Positions 55,929 to 64,000 of a stretch of DNA of 64,000 nt are shown one piece after another. Position numbers and translations under genes: made by a program. A model generated the notes under the pieces. The model was not told the DNA's origin. It did not search any database and worked only from the letters and a program-made list of their open reading frames with translations. This stretch comes from Eledone cirrhosa (Eukaryota): assembly GCA_964016885.1 (NCBI GenBank), contig OZ024745.1, positions 79,794,001 to 79,858,000 of the forward strand, in the 5' to 3' direction. How positions within the stretch are numbered: the first letter of the stretch is position 1; each line of letters opens with the position of its first letter.

Positions 55929-57849
55929 TTATTTTAAAGGTTTGTACTGTTCTATTGAGATTTCGATGATGCTTATGTTTGTCGGGAGAGTTCTTGGTGT
56001 TGGTGGGGTGTAGTAGTTTTTTTCTGTGATGTCTGTGTGCTGCTTTATATATTGTATGAGTTCTTTTTTTGCCATGTTTATGGCTGTGTACTTTTTGGGA
56101 GGAGGGGTGATTTTGTTGCTGTTTTCTTCTTGTTGCTGTTTGGTGTGTGTGTCTTGTTGTGTTTGCGTTGTTGGTGTTTGTGGGGGTGATGGTGGTGGTG
56201 TTGCTGCAAGTTTCCTTGCTGCCTTTACCCCTCTTTGTATGCCTTCGCTTTTGGAGGGTGAATCTAAGGGTTTTTTTGTTTTTTGTTTTTTGTGGCAGAC
56301 CGTTTGCCACTTCACTCCCGCCTCAAACTCCATGTCGGATTCTGTGGCGTCTGGGAGGGGTATGTGCTCCACGGCTGTTGGTGGTGGTAGTGGAGCCCTC
56401 TTCGGCAATTTTGTTGCTGGTGTAGCTACTTCAAATGTAGCTATTGGTGTTGCCGCTGCTGATGATGCTGCTTTAGTTGTCCGTGGCCTTGGTACGGGTG
56501 CTACGGACGTTGCCCTCCTACTCACCGTGGAAGGGGCTTCTTCGTTTGTTGCCTGCCCTACACTTGGTAGTAGTGGACCAGGTATTGGAAGGAGAGGGGC
56601 CTTCTTCGCTGTCTTCTGCGGGCAAAAGGCCCTGAGGTGACCCTTCGACCCACAGAGATAACATTTTGGCCGTCTTCCTTCTACACTTATAGGGAGTTGG
56701 AGTCCTTCCTCGATGTCTATGATATCGGGGATAGCGTCGATACATTCCTGGTCAGTTTGTATAAGCATTTGCATGCCTATACCTGACCAGTTCTCTCTCC
56801 TCATTTTTTCTACTTGCAGCATGGTCGCCCTGTTCTCGATTCCAGCAAGGACAGACGCGGCCAGCCAAGGTATGGGCACGTCGGGTGGGACCTGGGTCAC
56901 TTTGACCTCACAATTTTCTGCCCGCAGTAGGAGGGCACCAAGACTATCTCCTCACTCTTTAGGGTTTCCAAAGAGTGAGACTTTGCTTCCTGGGAGGGGG
57001 GGGGGCGAAAAGTACGCCTACTGTGGTGTACTTTCTGCCTCGGGTGATGTGGGTTTTGCGTGCCCAGACGCACCCCAAGGCCTTTTGGATTTGAGCCTCC
57101 GTGGCTCTCTCCACTTGATGTGAGATTTTGCTTACGGTGCGGTAAGTCACCGTCCGTAGCTGCTGGTCCTTGAAAAAATCGGGTGGAGGTTTCAGGGAAA
57201 CTCTATTTGCGCTGCTTGTTACCATGGCCCTTGCGACTGCCATCTCCTCCTCTGTGACTAACACTGTCTCGATATTTCGGGCGACACCTACAAAAGAAGT
57301 GGTCCCTTTTTCAGCAGCACCACTATTGCTGCCGCTACTGGTCTTACTGGTGGTGCTGAGGTCGCTATTACAGGTATCGGTGTCAGTGTTGTTTGTTTCG
57401 TTGGTACAGTTGTTGGTGTTGTTGTTGTTGTTTTCGTTGATACTGTTGCTGTTGTTGCTGTTATTGTGGCTGTTGTTATTATTGTTGTTTTTGTTGATAC
57501 TGTTCCTACTATTATTGTTGTTGTGGCTGTTGTTATTATCATTGTTATTGTCGTTCTCGTCCTTACCGCTGTTATTTTTGTTATTGTCGTTCTCGACTTT
57601 ATCGCTGTTATATTTGTTGTTGCTGTTGTTATTGATGGTGTTGTTGTTGGTGTTGTTGTTGGTGTTATTGTTGGTGTTGTTTGTGTTAGAAATATTTGTT
57701 AATTTTAAATCTGTAACAATCTTTTTTTCCTTTGTAATATTTTCGTTTATATTTACCTCCGCTGGAACGCTGTCTTGTTGACATGCTGATAAAGTCTCCC
57801 TCTCTCTGTGTTGTTTGACAGCGCTCTCTCTCTTTCTTGTGTTATACAT
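55929..57849 (-). pseudogene. Tx1-like ORF1 (gag-like, CCHC), frameshifted near 56950
   Basis: ORFs 56959-57849 and 55929-56900. Contains CYLCGSKGHLRAFC. Confidence 0.82.
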
Positions 57850-58183
57850 GTTGAAATTTATTACGTGTTACAATTGTTTCTCCAGCGAACAGCTCAAAGT
57901 GCGATCTGTTTGTGGATCGAACCTGACTCTGGATTCGCAAGTTTCTTAGATACGTCTATTGATTTCGAAGCAAATCCTCTTTCTGTTGGACTCCGATCCT
58001 TAGAATTTCTATCATCTGCCATCATCCTGTTTGCGCGGCCCGTGGATTGATCAAGAGTTCGAGCACTGATTCTTCGTTTTCCATATTATTATTATACTCT
58101 GCTCCCAAGGAGCATAGAGTGCTCAACTGGCATACCGCCTATGGGCGCATCCAAACAACTTTACTACATATATATAGTGAAAA

Positions 58184-58256
<73 letters not shown>

Positions 58257-58260
<4 letters not shown>

Positions 58261-59320
58261 AAAGAACACAAGAGCGTCTACAACATCAAAAGATTTTTAT
58301 TGGCTTACAATGTTTCTTCCTTACGTAACCGTAGGATTCGTCAGAGCTATAAAAGGGGTTTGATTGGTGTTATGGACTCTACCAACCAAACATTCAAGAA
58401 CAAAGAGTAAAGAGAGTAAAGAGCAAAAGTAGGGGACGATAAGTCTAATTTTGGTGCGGGAGAGTGGGGTGTGGGTCCTTGTTTACTAGCTGCGGTTACA
58501 TAACTATTATCATCTTATATTCTCTCAACTAATCACATTTGATCATATTTCTCGATCCCGTTTTCTCCCCCCATAATTATAATATCTTTATTTGAAAAAA
58601 TCGGTTTTTTTTACATTGTGTTTTCCCCTTCAAATACTTGCTTATATTTCTTTATATATTCTCTATATATTTTTTTATATATATATTTTGTATCTTTATT
58701 CTTATTTTCACTTTTATCCTCCTTTATATTTTACCTTATTCTTACTTTTATACCTTATTATAGTGTAATCTTCCCCATGCCTTATTATACATTATTAATT
58801 ATAGATTATTATTATTACTCTTTTTCCATTTCTAATTACCTCATGTACTTTCTCCTCCGTTATATATATATATATTGTATGCCCTTTGTGTTTGTGTAGC
58901 CTCTGCACACCCTCTGCACCCTACTATCGACGCCACCCCATCTATGGTTCAGCTAACCACTCGACTCCTGGGAATGAATATGACCGCAACTAGTAAACAA
59001 GGACCCACACCCAACTCTCCCGCACCAAAATTAGACTTATCGTCCCCTACTTTTGCTCTTTACTCTCTTTACTCTTTGTTCTTGAATGTTTGGTTGGTAG
59101 AGTCCATAAAACCAATCAAACCCCTTTTATAGCTCTGACGAATCCTACGGTTACGTAAGGAAGAAACATTGTAAGCCAATACAAATCTTTTGATGTTGTA
59201 GACGCTCTTGTGTTCTTTATCATATATACGGCTCTGCTCCAAAGCATAGAGCTAATTATTATGCTGCCAATACCTTAATGGGACACGGGTATACAATACC
59301 TAACTCCTATTAACCTAAGT
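58257..59320. mobile_element. Non-coding PLE remnant with about 240-bp inverted termini, each carrying an HHR
   Basis: 58257-58498 is inverted at 58982-59225. HHRs at 58302-58348 (-) and 59131-59177 (+). Confidence 0.8.
59131..59177 (+). ncRNA. Minimal hammerhead ribozyme
   Basis: gct-CTGACGA-atcctacggttacgtaaggaa-GAAAC-att-GTA-agc. Confidence 0.75.
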
Positions 59321-59330
59321 ATATATATAT

Positions 59331-60975
<1,645 letters not shown>

Positions 60976-60984
60976 ATATATATA

Positions 60985-61692
60985 GGTAAGTTATTCAGGG
61001 TTGAATCGGAGGTAACCACAGTAAGTAAGGTACTCAATACATAGCAGCGTATAAAAGTTTTAATATAGATGAGATTCTACAGGACTAGAACTGTTTCATT
61101 CTTTAGAAATCATCAGGAATCTGGCTTTCCAAAAAATAAATGTATTGGTATTTATATCTTTTCAGGTGGTAGGAGAGGGTGGGAAGTGGGATGGGTGGAG
61201 GTCATTGGTTGAAAGAAAAGGCTAATTCTTTAAAAGCTAAAGTCTATAGTTTATATTTAGAGTGACAAAGGCAGAAAGGATTCTATAAACAGGTTTAGAA
61301 TGGAATGTCACTCCTAATTTTTAAGTTTCTCTTAAGCTAACAATGCCTATATTTCAGGTGCCTATAAGGTGGTTGTGGGTCGGTCATGGTTGATGGATTT
61401 AAAGAAAAGGGAAATTCTTTAAAAGCTAATTCTTTAAAGCTCTACTTAGAGTGACAAAGGCCAAGATAATTCTATAGACCAGTTCAAAATATTGGGTGTC
61501 TATATTGGGTGTCCATCTAAAAAAAAAAAAAAAAATAAATAAATAAAATAAATAAAATAAAAAGAAAGTTATCTAACTTAAAAATAAGGAGTGACACCCC
61601 ATTCTGAACCTGTTTATAGAATCCTTTCTGCCTTTGTCACTCTAAATATAAACTATAGACTTAAAGAATTAGCTTTTAATGAATTCCCTTTT

Positions 61693-61695
<3 letters not shown>
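60985..61695 (-). mobile_element. PLE-terminus element with an HHR and an internal inverted repeat
   Basis: About 61210-61327 is inverted at 61575-61695. (TA)n flanks. Confidence 0.65.
61072..61122 (-). ncRNA. Type I hammerhead ribozyme
   Basis: agattc-CTGATGA-tttctaaagaat-GAAACAG-ttctagtc-CT-GTA-gaatct. All three stems pair. Confidence 0.8.
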
Positions 61696-61738
<43 letters not shown>

Positions 61739-61740
<2 letters not shown>

Positions 61741-61935
61741 CGGAAGAAATGTGGTAAGGAACCAGGTGGACCATAACGCACCAAAGTACTCAATACTTAG
61801 GGTAGTAGAGTTGGTAATAGGAACGAGTATGACCCCGACGGCTGAGCTCAAGCCGTTTCGACGGCTAATTCTGAGTCCAGAATTAGCCGTCGAAACGGCT
61901 TGAGCTCAGCCGTCGGGGTCGGGGTCCTACTCGTT

Positions 61936-61939
<4 letters not shown>
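61739..61939 (-). mobile_element. Family H1 copy 3 (most complete hairpin)
   Basis: Inverted repeat 61818-61940 centred on ctgagtccag, (TA)n flanks. Confidence 0.8.
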
Positions 61940-61984
<45 letters not shown>

Positions 61985-64000
61985 TCTTTTAGTCTTTTAC
62001 CTGTTCCAGCCATCCGGCTGAGGCCATGCTGGGGCACCACCCTTGTTGCTACACATTTTATCTCCAGCCTGTATTGGTTGGCCACTGGTGCAAGAGGGAG
62101 TTTGTTGCTGCCGTCTTTAGGTTTCCCTCGTGCCTTGCTGTGGGCTCATCCGGGATCCTGGATAGCAAGGTGTCGAGATATTTCTTGAAGACATCCACCT
62201 CCACCCCATGCAGATGTCTCAGATCCCTGGGCAGCTTGTTGAAGAGTTGAGGGCCCTTGAACCCCAGGCTATTGCAATATCTGCTCCTTATTCTAGATGT
62301 GGAAGACGGGACCTTTGGCACCACACAGTGACGTTCTGTTCGACAGTTGGTGCAGCTCCCAATGCCAAAGTTTGGTGCTAGTCCCTCCAGGATTTTCCAC
62401 ATGTAGATCATTGCGTATCTCTCCCGTCTTCGTTCAAAGGAGTAGAGGTTCAGTTCTTTTAGCCTCTCCCAGTAGCTTAACTCCTTCATCGTGGCAATAC
62501 TCTTGGTGTAGCTTCACTGGATTGCCTCAAGCTCCGTGGTTAGTTTGACACTATGGGGTGACCACAACTGGGAGCAATAGTCCAGGAGGCTTAGGACAAA
62601 TGTCCCCCATAGTGTCAACATGGTGTCTCGGTCTCTTGTCCGGAAAGTCCTCAAGATTCAGCCAGCGAATCGTCTGCACATTGTCGCCACTTTCATGATG
62701 TGTGAGGAAAAAGATACATCATCGCTCATGTCTATACCCAGGTCTTGTATCGATTTTGACACGGGGATATCGTTCCCTCCTGGTCCTGCGTAACTGTATT
62801 GTACTGTATTTGTGTTTGCGGGTTTGTATTGTAGGGCTTGGAATTTGCCAGCAGTTGTTGTCTTCCGCCCATTTTTATATGACATCCAGATCTTGTTGTA
62901 AAAGGGCAGCGTCAGCCGGCTTTTCGATTGCTTGTGCTACCTTAGTGTCATCAGCATAGCTAGTGAGGGATGTTGTTGTATGTACTACAGAGGGAATGTC
63001 TGAAAGATTCACCAAAAACAGTAGTGGTCCCAGGACTGTGCCTTGGGGCACCCCACTTGTTAATGATGTTTTCTTTGAGAGGGCCCCGTTTGCTGCAACT
63101 GTCTGGCTTCTGTCCTTTAAGAAGTCATGCAGCCACTCACCTACTTTTACAGTTATGCCGAGTCTGTGTAGTTTGTGACATATCATTCCGTGGTCGACCT
63201 TGTCAAAGGCCTTCGCAAAGTCAAGATATATCACGTCCACACGTGAGCTGTCTAGCAGTTGTTTCAGTACCCAGTCGTAGTGATGTAGCAGCTGCATAAG
63301 GCAGCTTCTTCCTGGGCGAAAGCCATGCTGCGTGCTAGTCAGGCGGTCATTTTCCTCGAGGAAAGTGATCAGTTTCTTTCTGATGACTTGCTCCATGACC
63401 TTACTGATATGCGACGTCAGGGAGACTGGCCTATAGTTTTTGGCCTCCGCTCTGCTACCTCCTTTATGGATAGGGCATATTATGCCTTCTTTCAGCTCCC
63501 TGGGTAGTATACTGCTAGCCAAGAAGCTTCTGAAGAGCGTCTTCAGTGGAATTGCTAAGGCCCGCTTACATGTTTTTAAGAGGGCTGCTGGGAATCCATG
63601 AGGTCCAGCAGCTGAGTCTGTTCTAATTTCATCTATGGCGTATACCACATCCTCCTCTGTTATGTCTATGTGGTTGATGGTCGCCATTTCTTCATGTAGT
63701 GTTGTGGCATCAAAGAACTCCTCTGGCTTTGTTATTTGCATGTGCCTCAGTGGACATGTGAACACACTTTTGTACTGTTCGTTCAGTATTTCACATATCT
63801 CTTGGGGATTCTCGGTTAATGAACCGTCTGTATGGAAGAGTGGCCCAATCTTGCAGTGTACCGAGGCATGTTCTTTTGCAAACTTAAAGAAGGCATTAGG
63901 GTTTGTTTTAATATTTTCTATGGCCCTGCTTTCTTTCTTTGCCCTCTCATTTTCATGGGAAAGTTTGAGTGCAATCTCGGTGTCTAGTAGTACACGTTTC
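61985..64000 (-). mobile_element. 3' portion of a CR1-clade LINE (RT), degenerate
   Basis: NYRPVSLTS, QHGFRPGRSC, YLDFAKAFDKVDH, GVPQGTVLGPLLF, YADDTK, LSYWERLKELNLYSFERRRER. Confidence 0.92.
62875..63765 (-). pseudogene. CR1 reverse transcriptase core
   Basis: 296-aa ORF with RT motifs, frameshifted downstream. Confidence 0.88.

Larger units (their letters stand above)
52201..58083 (-). mobile_element. Near full-length, degenerate Tx1/L1-clade LINE (ORF1 plus ORF2)
   Basis: ORF1 has an Asn-rich N-terminus and a CCHC knuckle. ORF2 has APE and RT with internal deletions. 3' end GCCCTTGTGGCCAATAAAGAAATC plus (ATT)n. Confidence 0.92.

Overview
Eukaryotic, repeat-saturated DNA with no recognisable host gene. 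The abundant (TA)n/(CA)n/(GATA)n tracts, the tRNA-derived SINEs and the LINE repertoire suggest a cephalopod (Octopus-like) intron or intergenic region; this is an inference. The window holds degenerate non-LTR retrotransposons (Tx1/L1-clade, R4/Dong-like, CR1, RTE and CRE fragments), three coding Penelope-like elements (PLEs; RT plus GIY-YIG), an internally deleted mariner, Helitron remnants and about 15 SINE copies. The most notable signal is non-coding: about 18 recognisable minimal hammerhead ribozymes (HHRs) and about 7 half or degenerate ones. They sit in short PLE-terminus elements embedded in (TA)n, mostly as fold-back inverted repeats or partial tandem (retrozyme-like) units. Three points stand out. 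(i) Some hairpins turn exactly at HHR stem II, with copy-specific bases mirrored in both arms. (ii) A covarying RCTC...GAGY stem recurs downstream of the HHR in otherwise dissimilar families. (iii) The shorter arm of the inverted pairs repeatedly ends a few bases before that stem. Different retroelement clades also appear to occupy different microsatellites. All calls were made by eye; coordinates are approximate to a few bases and no database search or folding was run.
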